Of a stretch of 64,000 bases of DNA, positions 51,339 to 61,981 are shown piece after piece (position 1 is the stretch's first letter; the number at the start of each line of letters is the position of its first letter). Source of the stretch: an uncultured delta proteobacterium (lineage in GTDB: Bacteria; Myxococcota; Myxococcia; Myxococcales; Myxococcaceae). The notes under the pieces were generated by a model that ran no database searches, was not told the DNA's origin, and was given only the letters and a program-made list of their open reading frames with translations. The position numbers were made by a program, and so were the translations under genes. The stretch covers positions 32,001-96,000 of the forward strand of contig CAVYSY010000001.1 of NCBI GenBank assembly GCA_963771175.1. The letters are read 5' to 3'.

Positions 51339-53563
51339 GCCTTGCCCCCGGGGAGCTTGTGGTTGCTGATCGGCAAGGTGCGGATGCGCTTGCCCGTCGC
51401 GGCGAAGAGGGCATTCGTCACCGCGGGCGCGATGGGCGGGGTGCCGGGCTCTCCGACGCCACCGGGCTCGGCGCCGCTCTCGACGATCTCCACGGCGATC
51501 TCCGGCATCTCGAGGGGAGCCAGCATCGAGTAGTCGTGGAAGTTGCTCTGCTCGACGCGCCCGTTGCTCAGGGTGATCTGTCCCCGCAGCGCCGCGGAGA
51601 GCCCGTAGACGACGCCGCTCTCCATCTGCGCGACGATCGTGTCGGGGTTGACGTACCGGCCGCAGTCCACCGCGACCCAGACCTTGTGGACGGTCGGCTG
51701 GCCGCTCTCGGAGACCGACACCTCGGCCACCTCGGCGACGATGCTCCCGAAGCTCTCTGCGATGGCGATGCCGCGGAACCGGCCGGCCGGCGCCGGAGTC
51801 TCCCAGTTGGACATCCGGGCCACGGTGTCGAGCGCCTGGACGAAGCGCGGATGCGACTTCTCCAGCAGGGCGCGGCGGTACTTGTAGGGGTCCTGCTTCG
51901 CCGCGTGCGCCATCTCGTCGATGAAGCTCTCCAGGTAGAACGCGTTGTGCGAGCTGCCCACCGAGCGCCAGAAGCCCACCGGCACGCCGGTGTCGACGAT
52001 CGCCGCCTGGATGGTCTGGTTCGGGCACTCGTACTTGATGTCGCTCAGGCCCTCGACCGTCGTCATGTCGATGCCGCTCTTGCCGACGCCGCCGAAGAGC
52101 GTCCAGCGGCTCATGATGGACGGGCCGGCGATGGTCGCCTTGAAGGCGACGGGCTGCCCCTTCTCATCCAGCCCGGCCTTCATCTTCACGAGGCTGGCCG
52201 GCCGGTAGAAGTCGTGCTGCACGTCCTCCGGCCGCGACCAGATGAGCTTGACGGGCTTGCCGACCGCCTTCGAGGCCTCGATGGCCTGGAGGACCACGTC
52301 GTTCTCCGCTCGCCGGCCGAAGCCGCCACCCAGGTAGGTCGTGTGGACGACGATCTTGTCCTGGGGCACCTTCGTGTGGTTCGTGACGACGAACTTCGTG
52401 AGGGTGTGGCTCTGCGTGCCCGTCCAGATCTCGATGCCCTCCGGCGTGACGTGCGCCGTGCAGTTCATCGGCTCCATCGGCGTGTGGGCCAGGAAGGGCG
52501 TCGAGTACTCGGCCTCGAGCTTCTTCTTGGCCTTGCTCAGCACCTTGTCGGGCTCGCCCTTGGTGGCCGCGACCGGGAGCTTCTTGCCGCCCGTGGCGGC
52601 GCGCAGCTTCTTCTCGATCGCCGCCGAGGACAGGCCGGTCGTGACGCCCTTCGTCCACTTGAGGTCCAGGCCCTCGAGGACCGTCTTCGCCTTCCACCAG
52701 CCATCCGCGACGGCGATGACGGCACCGGCGACCTTCACCAGCGTGGTGCCCTCGGGCATCGCCTTGGCCAGCACTTCGAAGTTGGCGCACTCCCCGCCGA
52801 AGACGGGCGAGTGGCGCACCGCCGCGTAGCGCATGTCCGGGACGACGACGTCGATACCGAAGAGCGGCTTGCCCGCGACCTTGGCGGGCGTGTCGAGCCG
52901 CTTCATCGGCTTGCCGACGAACTTGTACTCGGAGGGGGCCTTGAGCTTCGGCTCCTTGGGGATGGACTCGGCGGGCAGCGCGGCGGCGGCGGTGGCGAGC
53001 TCTCCGTAGCTGGCCTTACGGCCGCTCGCGGCGTGGACCACCGAGCCCTGGTCGGCGCGGCAGGTCTCCGCCTTGACGCCCCACTTCTGGGCGGCGGCGG
53101 CGATCAGCAGGTGGCGCGCGGTGGCGCCGATGCGCTGGAGGATTCCCCAGGTGGTCCGCACGCTCATGCTGCCACCGGTGATCTCGAAGGGCGCGCCGGT
53201 GTAGTTGAACTCGGCGGCCGAGGGCGCGGGCTCCACGCGCACCTTGGACCAGTCGGCGTCCAGCTCCTCGGCGATGAGCATGGGCATCGCCGTGAAGATG
53301 CCCTGGCCCATTTCGCTCTTCGCCACGTAGATGGTGATGACGCCATCCGTGGCGATCCGCAGCCACGTGTTGAGCTTCGTTTCGGCGGCGGTGCCTCCGG
53401 CGGTAGCTCCGGTGGAGGCTCCGGCGAACGCCTCGGCGCGACGGTTCGGGTTGCCGGGCAGGTGGAAGCCGATGATGAGTCCCGCGGCCGTCGCGGCGCT
53501 CGACTGCAGGAGCGAACGACGGGAGAGGACCACCGGGCGCTCGTTCTTCGGATCGGACGTCAT
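51335..53563 (-). CDS. Xanthine dehydrogenase-family Mo subunit (IorB-like), Tat-exported
   Basis: SRRSLL Tat motif, SEMGQG, TGGS.S, LGGGFGRR, WRSV, GVGEPGTPP. Confidence 0.93.
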   Translation of the reverse strand: MTSDPKNERPVVLSRRSLLQSSAATAAGLIIGFHLPGNPNRRAEAFAGASTGATAGGTAAETKLNTWLRIATDGVITIYVAKSEMGQGIFTAMPMLIAEELDADWSKVRVEPAPSAAEFNYTGAPFEITGGSMSVRTTWGILQRIGATARHLLIAAAAQKWGVKAETCRADQGSVVHAASGRKASYGELATAAAALPAESIPKEPKLKAPSEYKFVGKPMKRLDTPAKVAGKPLFGIDVVVPDMRYAAVRHSPVFGGECANFEVLAKAMPEGTTLVKVAGAVIAVADGWWKAKTVLEGLDLKWTKGVTTGLSSAAIEKKLRAATGGKKLPVAATKGEPDKVLSKAKKKLEAEYSTPFLAHTPMEPMNCTAHVTPEGIEIWTGTQSHTLTKFVVTNHTKVPQDKIVVHTTYLGGGFGRRAENDVVLQAIEASKAVGKPVKLIWSRPEDVQHDFYRPASLVKMKAGLDEKGQPVAFKATIAGPSIMSRWTLFGGVGKSGIDMTTVEGLSDIKYECPNQTIQAAIVDTGVPVGFWRSVGSSHNAFYLESFIDEMAHAAKQDPYKYRRALLEKSHPRFVQALDTVARMSNWETPAPAGRFRGIAIAESFGSIVAEVAEVSVSESGQPTVHKVWVAVDCGRYVNPDTIVAQMESGVVYGLSAALRGQITLSNGRVEQSNFHDYSMLAPLEMPEIAVEIVESGAEPGGVGEPGTPPIAPAVTNALFAATGKRIRTLPISNHKLPGGKA

Positions 53564-53565
53564 GG

Positions 53566-54030
53566 TCAGACCTCCCCCTCGGAATTGAGCTTGACGGCGA
53601 GCTGGACGGCCTTGCGGATGCGGCCATAGGTGCCGCAGCGGCACAGGTTCGTCATGGACGCGGAGATGTCGGCCTCGGTGGGCTTGGGGTTGGCCTTGAG
53701 CATCGCGGCGCAGGCCATGACCTGACCGGGCTGGCAGTAGCCGCACTGGGGCGCATCGGCCTCGATCCACGCGCGCTGCACGGGGTGGCTGTTGTCGGGG
53801 CTGAGGCCCTCGATCGTCGTCACCTCGCCGCTCACCGCCGAGACCGGCGTCAGACAGCTCCGCACCGCCGCGCCGTCGATGTGCACCGTGCAGGCGCCAC
53901 ACAGGCCCTGGCCACATCCGAACTTGGCCCCGAGCAGTCCGAGCTTCTCGCGGAGCACCCAGAGCAGGGGTGTGCCGGGTTCCACCTCGACAGTCACTTC
54001 CTTGCCATTCACCTTCAACGACAGCGGCAT
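53566..54030 (-). CDS. 2x[2Fe-2S] subunit (IorA-like)
   Basis: [27 protein letters not shown]. Confidence 0.95.
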   Translation of the reverse strand: MPLSLKVNGKEVTVEVEPGTPLLWVLREKLGLLGAKFGCGQGLCGACTVHIDGAAVRSCLTPVSAVSGEVTTIEGLSPDNSHPVQRAWIEADAPQCGYCQPGQVMACAAMLKANPKPTEADISASMTNLCRCGTYGRIRKAVQLAVKLNSEGEV

Positions 54031-54173
54031 GCGCCCTCCCTCCAGGTTGATGAACCGGGTTCGGCCGGAGTGTGGATTTCCGGGCGAACTTATAGCTCAA
54101 CCAGGAGGGGGGGAGGTCGTGGGTTTTGAAGAGGCGTGGGGAAGTCCCCCACCTGGAGTGCGAGGAGGCGTCC

Positions 54174-55340
54174 CTACCGGGGCGTGAGCTTCACCAGCTC
54201 GGCGTCCACGAAGGCCTGGAAGTACTTCAGCGCGTCCAACTCCTTCAGCGGGGACATGCTGATGATGCCGCCCAGGTCGCGCTTGCCGTCGATGCGCGAC
54301 AGCAGGTAGCGCTCGGGGGCGCTGAGCTGCATCGTCTTGAGCTGCGCCGCCGACACCCGCAGCGAGGGCACCTGCGGCTTCTCCAGCATCTCCCGGCGCA
54401 GCACCCCCACCAACGCCGCCTCCGCCGAGCGCAGCAGCGCCTCCGTCTCCGGCGAGGGCGACATCTCGTGCGCCCGCCGCGCCAGCGCCTCGCCATCCCG
54501 GAAGTTGCCGTTCTCCAGGAACGACTGTGCCGCCTGGATGACTTCGCTCGTGGGGGACTCGGCGCCGATGACGTCCACGTCCACCACCTGGGCCTCGCCC
54601 TCGTCGTCCTGCACGGGCCGCTTGCGCGCTGGCGGCGTGGCCAGCACCTTCACCGCCTCCAGCCGGTAGAGCGCGTACAGGCGCTGGTACACCAGGAAGT
54701 CCGAGGCGTGCAGCGCCTTGGCCATCTCGTCGATGCTCAGCCCCTCGCGGATGCGCTTCACCAGTCGTGCGTCCAGGCTGCCCGGCTTGGGCGCCTCCGG
54801 CAGCCGGCTCTCGTCCACCGACAGGTACAGGTTCCCCGAGGGAAAGACCCCCCGGATGGCCTGCCACGCCGTCTCTCGGAACTCGCCCTCGCGGTGGATG
54901 TCCGCGAGCTCCACGCGCACGTCGATGCCCTCGATCTCCGCGGCGCCGCCCACGTCGAAGGAGAACTCGCCCTCCTCCCAGGAGAACATGTCCAGCAGCG
55001 CCTCCCGGAACTTCAGGTTGAGCGCGCCGCGGATCGTCTGCTCGGGCACCAGCCCCGTCATCACCAATATCTTCCCCAGCGGCACCTTCGTCTCGCGCTG
55101 GGTGGCGTAGGCCTTGCTGAACTGCTCCTCGTTCAGGTGCCCCATGTTGATGAGGAACTGGCCGAGGAACTCGCGCGGCTGGTTGGAGCTGGCGCTCAGC
55201 ACCTGCCCCTCGCGCAGGAGGATGAGCTTGCGCACGCCCGCTCGCATGACCCTCAGCATCCCCGAGAGGCGGCGGCTGCCGAGGTACGCGACGAGATCCT
55301 TCAAGGGCATCGTCGAGAAGTCACCTGACAGGCCGCGCAT
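54174..55340 (-). CDS. DUF4388-domain protein
   Basis: LSGDFSTMPL.DL, LGQFL, PLGKIL, FSWEEGEFSF. Confidence 0.85.
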   Translation of the reverse strand: MRGLSGDFSTMPLKDLVAYLGSRRLSGMLRVMRAGVRKLILLREGQVLSASSNQPREFLGQFLINMGHLNEEQFSKAYATQRETKVPLGKILVMTGLVPEQTIRGALNLKFREALLDMFSWEEGEFSFDVGGAAEIEGIDVRVELADIHREGEFRETAWQAIRGVFPSGNLYLSVDESRLPEAPKPGSLDARLVKRIREGLSIDEMAKALHASDFLVYQRLYALYRLEAVKVLATPPARKRPVQDDEGEAQVVDVDVIGAESPTSEVIQAAQSFLENGNFRDGEALARRAHEMSPSPETEALLRSAEAALVGVLRREMLEKPQVPSLRVSAAQLKTMQLSAPERYLLSRIDGKRDLGGIISMSPLKELDALKYFQAFVDAELVKLTPR

Positions 55341-55361
55341 GGCGTCACATCCTTCTGCTGA

Positions 55362-55640
55362 ATGATTGTCCGAATCTACTCGAAACCGAACTGTTGCCTC
55401 TGCGACCAGGCGAAGGCCGTCCTGGAGCGGGTGCGCGAGCGCCTCCCCTTCGACCTGGTGGAAGAGGACATCCGGGCCAACCCCGACACTTTCGCTGCCT
55501 GGCGGTACGACATCCCGGTGGTCATCATCGACGGCCGTGACACCTTCAAGCTCCGTTTGGAGGAAGCGGAGGTCGAGGCGTGCATCCGGCGGGCACTCCA
55601 TGGCACGTCCGTTGCTCCTTCTGGTGGAGGAGGGGAGTAA
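55362..55640 (+). CDS. Glutaredoxin-like protein (DUF836)
   Basis: YSKPNCCLC, EEDI, YDIPVV. Confidence 0.88.
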   Translation: MIVRIYSKPNCCLCDQAKAVLERVRERLPFDLVEEDIRANPDTFAAWRYDIPVVIIDGRDTFKLRLEEAEVEACIRRALHGTSVAPSGGGGE

Positions 55641-55825
55641 CGCCCTTCGCCTCCCTAGGAAAAACAGGGGGATGGACGGGGTAGGGGTGGGGAGGGGCTG
55701 TAAATCCTGGGGAGAACGCCGGAGGAACAATGGGGAAAAAGGTTCTGGCCGGACGGGGGACACGGTGGTGGGTGGCCCGCCGGCTGCGGCAGGAGTGATT
55801 CGCGATGGTGAGGGGAGGCGAGGGG

Positions 55826-57451
55826 ATGGATCGGATCGCGGTGCTGGTGGTGGACGACGAGGAGCAGGTGCGGACGTTCCTCGTCGAGCTGTTGGGCAGC
55901 TCGGGGTACCAGGTGCGCTGCGCGTCGAGTGGCGCTCAGGCGCTGGAGATGCTCGCCGAGGACTCGTTCGACGTGGTGCTGATGGACGTGATGATGCCGG
56001 AGTTGAGCGGTCTGGAGGTGCTGCGGCGCTACCGGGCCTCCGGCGGCGGTGTGCCCGTCATCGTCCTGTCCGCGCTCTCGGGCGCGGAGGACGCCATGCG
56101 CGCCATGAAGCTGGGCGCGAGCGACTATCTGTCCAAGCCCTTCAGCAACGATGAGCTGGAGGACGCGATGGCCCGCGCCCTGGGCAGTCGGGTGCCGGCG
56201 CGGCAGTCCGCGGCGAGCGCTCCGGCGGCCAGCGCGGCGGCCCAGGGGGGCGGGGATGGGGAGCGCGTCCTCATCTCGCACTCGCCGGCCATGCGCCGGG
56301 TGCGCGCCCTGGTGGAGCGCATCGCGGACACGGACGTCCCGGTGTTGCTGCTGGGGGAGTCCGGCACGGGCAAGGAGGTCATCGCCCGCGAGGTCCACGC
56401 GCGCAGCAACCGTCGCAACCGGCCCTTCATCAAGGTGAACTGCGCGGCGCTGCCCGGCGAGCTGCTGGAGAGCGAGCTCTTCGGTCATGAGCGCGGCGCC
56501 TTCACCGGCGCCACGGCGGAGAAGCCCGGCAAGTTCGAGCTGGCGGACCAGGGCACCATCTTCCTGGATGAAATCGGCGAGATGGCCATCCGGCTGCAGG
56601 CCAAGCTGCTGCAGGTGCTGCAGGACGAGGAGTTCTTCCGGGTGGGTGGCAAGAAGAGCGTCCGGGTGGACAGCCGCGTGGTGGTGGCGACGAACCGCGA
56701 CCTGGAGCGGGAGATCGAGCTGGGCAACTTCCGCGAGGATCTCTTCTACCGCTTGAACGTGGTGGCCATCCGGTTGCCGGCGCTGCGCGAGCGCCCGGAG
56801 GACGTGGTGCCGCTGACGGACCACTTCCTGAAGAAGTACGGGCGTCAGTACATGAGCGGGGTGGCGGAGCTGCCGCCCGAGGTGCTGCGAGCCTTCACCG
56901 AGTACGATTGGCCGGGCAACGTGCGCGAGCTGGAGAACATGGTGCGTCGGCTGTGCGTGCTGAAGGACGCGTCGCTGGTGCTGGACGAGCTGCGCGCGGG
57001 AGGTCGGGCGCCAGCGAGCGCTCCGTCGCTGCCCACGTCTTACGCGGGAGACGGGGAGGTGGATCCTCCGGCTCCGACGGTGCGCACGCCAGCGGCCGCG
57101 GCGAGCGGGGGCTCGTCGGTGCAGGTGCTGGAGATGCCGTCGCGGGGGAGCGCGCCCCAGGCGGAGGTGCCGCTGAACCAGGTGGTGCCGCCGGTGCGCT
57201 ACGCGAATCCGTTCGACGCGCCGCAGCCGCCGCCTCCTCCGCCGAGCATGCCGGAAGGGGAGATGTCGCTGAAGGACATCGGCAAGCGGGCGGCGATGCT
57301 GGCCGAGCGCGAGGCCATCCTGGCGATGTTGCAGCGCACCGCGTGGAACAAGCGGCGCGCGGCCAGCAAGCTGCGCATCAGCTACAAGGCGCTGCTCTAC
57401 AAGATCAAGGAATGCGGCATCGTGGACCCGAGAGCCGCGGCCGAGTTCTGA
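55826..57451 (+). CDS. Sigma54-dependent response regulator (NtrC family)
   Basis: Receiver domain VVDD/D..MP/KP, GESGTGKE, GAFTGA, WPGNVREL, C-terminal HTH. Confidence 0.96.
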   Translation: MDRIAVLVVDDEEQVRTFLVELLGSSGYQVRCASSGAQALEMLAEDSFDVVLMDVMMPELSGLEVLRRYRASGGGVPVIVLSALSGAEDAMRAMKLGASDYLSKPFSNDELEDAMARALGSRVPARQSAASAPAASAAAQGGGDGERVLISHSPAMRRVRALVERIADTDVPVLLLGESGTGKEVIAREVHARSNRRNRPFIKVNCAALPGELLESELFGHERGAFTGATAEKPGKFELADQGTIFLDEIGEMAIRLQAKLLQVLQDEEFFRVGGKKSVRVDSRVVVATNRDLEREIELGNFREDLFYRLNVVAIRLPALRERPEDVVPLTDHFLKKYGRQYMSGVAELPPEVLRAFTEYDWPGNVRELENMVRRLCVLKDASLVLDELRAGGRAPASAPSLPTSYAGDGEVDPPAPTVRTPAAAASGGSSVQVLEMPSRGSAPQAEVPLNQVVPPVRYANPFDAPQPPPPPPSMPEGEMSLKDIGKRAAMLAEREAILAMLQRTAWNKRRAASKLRISYKALLYKIKECGIVDPRAAAEF

Positions 57452-57607
57452 AGCGGTTGGAAATGGGGGGCCCCTCGCACCAGCCCTTGGTGCCTCCCTC
57501 TCCCCGCGAGCGGGCTTGCAGGTGGGGCTCGCCGGGGCGAGGGCGGCGGCCCCACCTTTCTCGGTGAGCCAGATTGGCCCGAGACCCCAGCCCCAGGAGG
57601 GAGCCGC

Positions 57608-58132
57608 ATGAGCCCTCGTCCGACCTCACCCGCCAGGCCCCTTCCCCCTGGTGTGATTGCCCCTGATTTCAGTCTGAACAGCACTCCCGACCAGCAGCTC
57701 TCCCTGTCCGACTTCCGAGGCCGGCCCGTCATCCTGGCCTTCTACCCGGCGGACTGGAGCCCGGTGTGTAGCGATCAGATGAGTGTCTACAGCGAGCGCC
57801 ACGGCGAGTTCGAGCGCTACCACGCTCAGCTCCTGGGCATCTCGGTGGACGGGGTGTGGTGCCACGTGGCCTTCGCCGAGCACCACAAGCTGCACTTCCC
57901 GCTGCTCGCCGACTTCGAGCCCAAGGGCGCGGTGGCGCGCAGCTATGGGGTGTACCGCGAGCAGGATGGCTTCTGTGAGAGCGCCCTGTTCGTGCTGGAC
58001 GCGGAGGGCCGTGTCGCCTGGAGCTACGTGTCGCCCCTCGGCGTCAACCCGGGCGCCGATGGCATCCTCGAAGCGCTCGAGGCGCTCCAGGCGCCCATCC
58101 ACCTGAGCGTCTCCCCCGAGATTTCTCCCTGA
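57608..58132 (+). CDS. Peroxiredoxin (AhpC/AhpE-like)
   Basis: APDFSL, FYPADWSPVC, LGISVD, FPLLADF. Confidence 0.9.
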   Translation: MSPRPTSPARPLPPGVIAPDFSLNSTPDQQLSLSDFRGRPVILAFYPADWSPVCSDQMSVYSERHGEFERYHAQLLGISVDGVWCHVAFAEHHKLHFPLLADFEPKGAVARSYGVYREQDGFCESALFVLDAEGRVAWSYVSPLGVNPGADGILEALEALQAPIHLSVSPEISP

Positions 58133-58160
58133 CGGGAAGAAGGGCAGGGCGCCCGGTCCG

Positions 58161-60116
58161 CTACTCCGGGAAGTGCACCACGTGGCCCTCGTCGCCCACG
58201 AGCCAGCTGTCGCTCAGCGAGCTGAGCGCGATGTCCCTCAGGGGCTTGGTCCCCGTATAGGAGAGAGCGGGAGCCCAGCCATTCGCGGTCAGCCGGCGAA
58301 GAGCTCCGCTCGCGTCGGTGACGTAGATGGAGGACGGGTCCAGCGCCACCACACTGGTGAAGGGGGCGGAGGTGTTGTCCGTCGGCGCGGTCACGCGCGC
58401 CCAGGTCGTGCTCCCGCTCCACTTCATCACCAGGCCCCCATCCCCCACGGCGTAGGCGAGGCTGGGGCTGGCCATCCACACGGCACGCAGGGAACCGGTG
58501 TAGCCCGAGACGTCGCTCAGGGTGTGCGCTGTCACGGCGCTCGAGTCGCCGCTGCCGGGATAGCTGGAGATGTGCGGGGTGCTGACGCCTTCCGTGCCGC
58601 CGACCCCGAGCATCTGCGTGGACGCCACACCGTGGATGCCGAAGTAGGTGGGGGGCGTCAGATTGTATCGCTCCTGGGGATCACTGCCCGGCGTCCATGC
58701 GTACAGCCGGCCCTTGGCGTCCACCACGTAGAGCTGGGTCGTCGTCTCCGAGGTGAATCCCACGAGGCCGGTGAAGTCGTTGCCGGAGATGTTGGTCCCC
58801 GGGTTGATGCAGCTCGTGCCGGTGTGCTCGGCGACGCGCGCGCCGTCACCGGCGAGGAACACGTGGCCGTCGCTGGGGCGGACCCATGCGGCGCGCCAGT
58901 TGTAGTTGCCGCAACTCCCATCGAGGCCCGTGAAGGGCTGGCCCGCCGAGGTGCGCACCGCGAGCGCGCCGTTGTCTCCCGCCACCCACACCTGACCGCC
59001 CGCGCCGAGCGCCACGGTCTTCCACTGGCGGGTGCCGTTGAGGGCGGTGTCGTCCGTGAATACCTTCCACCCCTTGCCCTGGCAGACGCCACCCTCGTCC
59101 CGCTGGGTGTCACAGGTGTTGTCCCGGTCGTCGCACACCTCGGTGCCGCCGCCCCGGTTGTGCGCGTCCTGATCGTCGCAGTCGTCCGTGTTGGCGACGG
59201 TGCCCGGAGGGGGCGTCGCACCAGGACACACCGCGACCGGGTCGCGATTGTCGCCCGCGCCATCGCCGTCCTGGTCTGGATGGTAGGAGGTGGGCCTGGG
59301 CGCGTCGCAGGCCAGTCCGTCGTGGCTGGCGTTGCAGACGTTCAGCCCGCCGGGGCAGGGCTCGCTGCACGAGGTGCCCTTGGCGAATCCATCGTCCACG
59401 GTGCCATCGCAGTCATCGTCGATGTCGTCGCACCGTGTCTCCGTGAAGTTGGCGCGGGGGTAGACTCCGGTGTCCGAGTCCCGGCAGTCCGTGGCGTCCT
59501 GCACGTAGCGGGTGGTGCCCGAGTCCGCGGGCCTGGTGCAGCTCAACACCGGAGGGGTGTCCTTGTCGCCGAAACCATCCCCGTCCCGATCGGGGTACCA
59601 GCGCTCGCCCACGCCCTGATCGACGGTCCCGTCGCAGTCATTGTCCCGGTCGTCGCACACCTCGCTGGCCCCGGGGCGGCTGTCTTCTTTCGCGTCGTCA
59701 CAGTCCGTACCGCCGTGGTCCGTGGCGATATAGCTGTCTCCATCCGCGTCCGGCGCGTCCAGGGTGATGGCGAGCTTCTCGACGCCCGCCTTCTTCTCGA
59801 GCTTCACGGTCCGCACGTCCCGGGCCACCTCGGGCCCGTCGCAGGACTGCTCATGGGCCGTGGTGGTGATCTCCAGCGCGTGACTCCAGCTCTCCTGGCG
59901 ATAGACGGCGAGGAGGACTGTCGAGGGCCCTCGCTGGAGCACCTCGAGCTGCTCTTTCGCCTCCCGGCCCGGGTCCTTCGCATCCCGGGCGGTGACGGCG
60001 ATGCACCCGGCCTTGAATCCGTAGGAGACCTCCACCCGGACGGCGGCCTCGGGAGCTCGCGGCAGGCATCCCCCTGCGAGGAGTGGCAGCATGAGCGAAG
60101 CGAGTCGATACCTCAT
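58161..60116 (-). CDS. Myxobacterial lipoprotein with putative metal-binding (CD..DNDCDG) repeats and C-terminal beta-propeller
   Basis: Lipobox AGGC; DADGD, DCDD, E.CDD.DNDCDG.VD; W.VG..G repeats. Confidence 0.85.
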   Translation of the reverse strand: MRYRLASLMLPLLAGGCLPRAPEAAVRVEVSYGFKAGCIAVTARDAKDPGREAKEQLEVLQRGPSTVLLAVYRQESWSHALEITTTAHEQSCDGPEVARDVRTVKLEKKAGVEKLAITLDAPDADGDSYIATDHGGTDCDDAKEDSRPGASEVCDDRDNDCDGTVDQGVGERWYPDRDGDGFGDKDTPPVLSCTRPADSGTTRYVQDATDCRDSDTGVYPRANFTETRCDDIDDDCDGTVDDGFAKGTSCSEPCPGGLNVCNASHDGLACDAPRPTSYHPDQDGDGAGDNRDPVAVCPGATPPPGTVANTDDCDDQDAHNRGGGTEVCDDRDNTCDTQRDEGGVCQGKGWKVFTDDTALNGTRQWKTVALGAGGQVWVAGDNGALAVRTSAGQPFTGLDGSCGNYNWRAAWVRPSDGHVFLAGDGARVAEHTGTSCINPGTNISGNDFTGLVGFTSETTTQLYVVDAKGRLYAWTPGSDPQERYNLTPPTYFGIHGVASTQMLGVGGTEGVSTPHISSYPGSGDSSAVTAHTLSDVSGYTGSLRAVWMASPSLAYAVGDGGLVMKWSGSTTWARVTAPTDNTSAPFTSVVALDPSSIYVTDASGALRRLTANGWAPALSYTGTKPLRDIALSSLSDSWLVGDEGHVVHFPE

Positions 60117-60172
60117 GACATCCCTTTGGTTCGTGTAGCGCCACCCCCCCCAGTTGTCCTGCCGCGGGTATT

Positions 60173-61912
60173 CTAGCCCCGGTCGCGGCGCACGGGGACC
60201 TTCTTGCCGCGCAGCGTGGTCTGCCGCAGCGCGGTGATGATCTGATCGGCCATGGACTCGGGCACCTCGACGAGCGAGTGGGTGTCGCCAATCTGGATGG
60301 CGCCGATCCGCTTGCCCTCCACGCCCGCCTCACCGGCGATGGCGCCCACCAGGTCCGCGGGCCGTACCCCCGCGGTCCGGCCCACGCCGATGAACAGCCG
60401 TGCCATCTCGAAGTCCTCCGACGGGCCCGTGCGGCGCTTGGGGCCCCGAGGCTCCGCCGCTCCAGGCCGCTCCCTCATGCTGGGGCGAGCGGCGGCCCGG
60501 ACGTCCTTGCCCGGATGCGCGGGACGCGGGGGCCTCTCCGAGGGCGGGGGCACCAGGGGGATCTCCTCCTCCTCCTCCGCATGGCCCTCCACCTGCGCGT
60601 CGTGGAGCAGCTTCACCCCGGCGGCGGCCACCTCCAACAGGTCGAACTCGGAGGCGAGGCTCTCCACCACGGAGCGGTAGGAGTCGAGCTCGCCCGCCAC
60701 CAGGGCCTCACGCAGGGAGGCACGGACGAGCTCCAGCCGGCGGGCGCGCAGGTCCGCCACGGTGGGCACGGTGGCCACTTCGATCTTCTGGCCGGTGAGC
60801 TTCTCGATGTTGCGCAGCAGCCGGTGCTCGCGGGGCTCGGCGAGGGTGATGGCCACGCCCTCGCGCCCGGCGCGACCGGTGCGGCCGATGCGGTGGACGT
60901 ACGCCTCGGGGGCGTTGGGCACGTCGTAGTTGACGACGTGGGAGAGCTTCTCGATGTCCAGCCCGCGCGCGGCCACGTCCGTGGCGACGAGCAGCTCGAT
61001 GGCGTGGGTCTTGAACTGCTTCAGGACGCGGTCGCGCTGACCCTGGTCCATGCCGCCGTGGAGCGCCTGGGCGCGCCAGCCGCGGCCGTTGAGCGAGACG
61101 GTGAGCTCGTCCACCTCGGTGCGGGTGCGGCAGAAGACGATGGCGGCGGTGGGGGCCTCCACGTCCAGCACGCGCCCGAGCGTGGCGGCCTTGAAGGCAC
61201 GCGGGACGATGTAGGCCGTCTGGCGCACGCGGGGGCCGGTCCCGGGCGCCATCTTCTCCTTGGCGATCGCGCACGTGGACGGGCTCGCTCAGGTGACGCT
61301 CGGCGATGGAGGCGATGCGCGGGGGCAGGGTGGCGGAGAAGAGGGCCGTCTGGCGGTTCTCCGGGGTGGCCTCCAGGAGGGCCTCCAGGTCCTCGGCGAA
61401 GCCCATGTCGAGCATCTCGTCGGCCTCGTCGAGCACCACGGTGCGCACGGAGTCGAGCAGGAGCGACTGGCGCTTGAGGTGGTCGAGCGCGCGTCCCGGG
61501 GTGGCGACGACGACGTCCACGCCGCGCTTGAGGACGCGCAACTGCTGCCCCATGGGCTGGCCGCCGTAGATGGGGAGCACGCTCACGCCCGAGCTTCTGG
61601 CCGTAGCGGTGGATGGCCTCGGCCACCTGCATGGCGAGCTCACGGGTGGGGACGAGCACGAGCGCGGACGCGGAGAACGGCGCGTGCTCGCCGGGGGTGA
61701 TGCGCTGGAGGAGGGGCAGGGAGAAGGCGGCGGTCTTCCCGGTGCCGGTGGCGGCGATGCCGAGCAGGTCCTTGCCCGCGAGCAGCGGGGGGATGGGCGG
61801 CGCGCTGGATGGGAGTGGGTTCCTCGTAGCCGAGCGCGCTGAGCGCCTCCACGAGGGCGGGCTGGAGGCCCAGTTGTTCGAAGGACGGAGGGGCAGCTGG
61901 AATGGTGCTCAC
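60173..61912 (-). CDS. deaD: DEAD-box RNA helicase with DbpA-type C-terminal domain (frameshifted)
   Basis: [44 protein letters not shown]. Confidence 0.9.
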
Positions 61913-61981
61913 GTGGGGGCTTGTACCATCCTCGCGAGGGGCCTGCTTGCGTTCCTCGGGGGCTCTCGTTAATCGCGCGTC

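Noticed and set aside
51359..53629. Long antisense or alternative-frame ORFs (e.g. 756 aa here, 667 aa at 58173-60176)
   Set aside because: These are shadow ORFs expected in high-GC DNA opposite well-supported genes, and they have no motifs.
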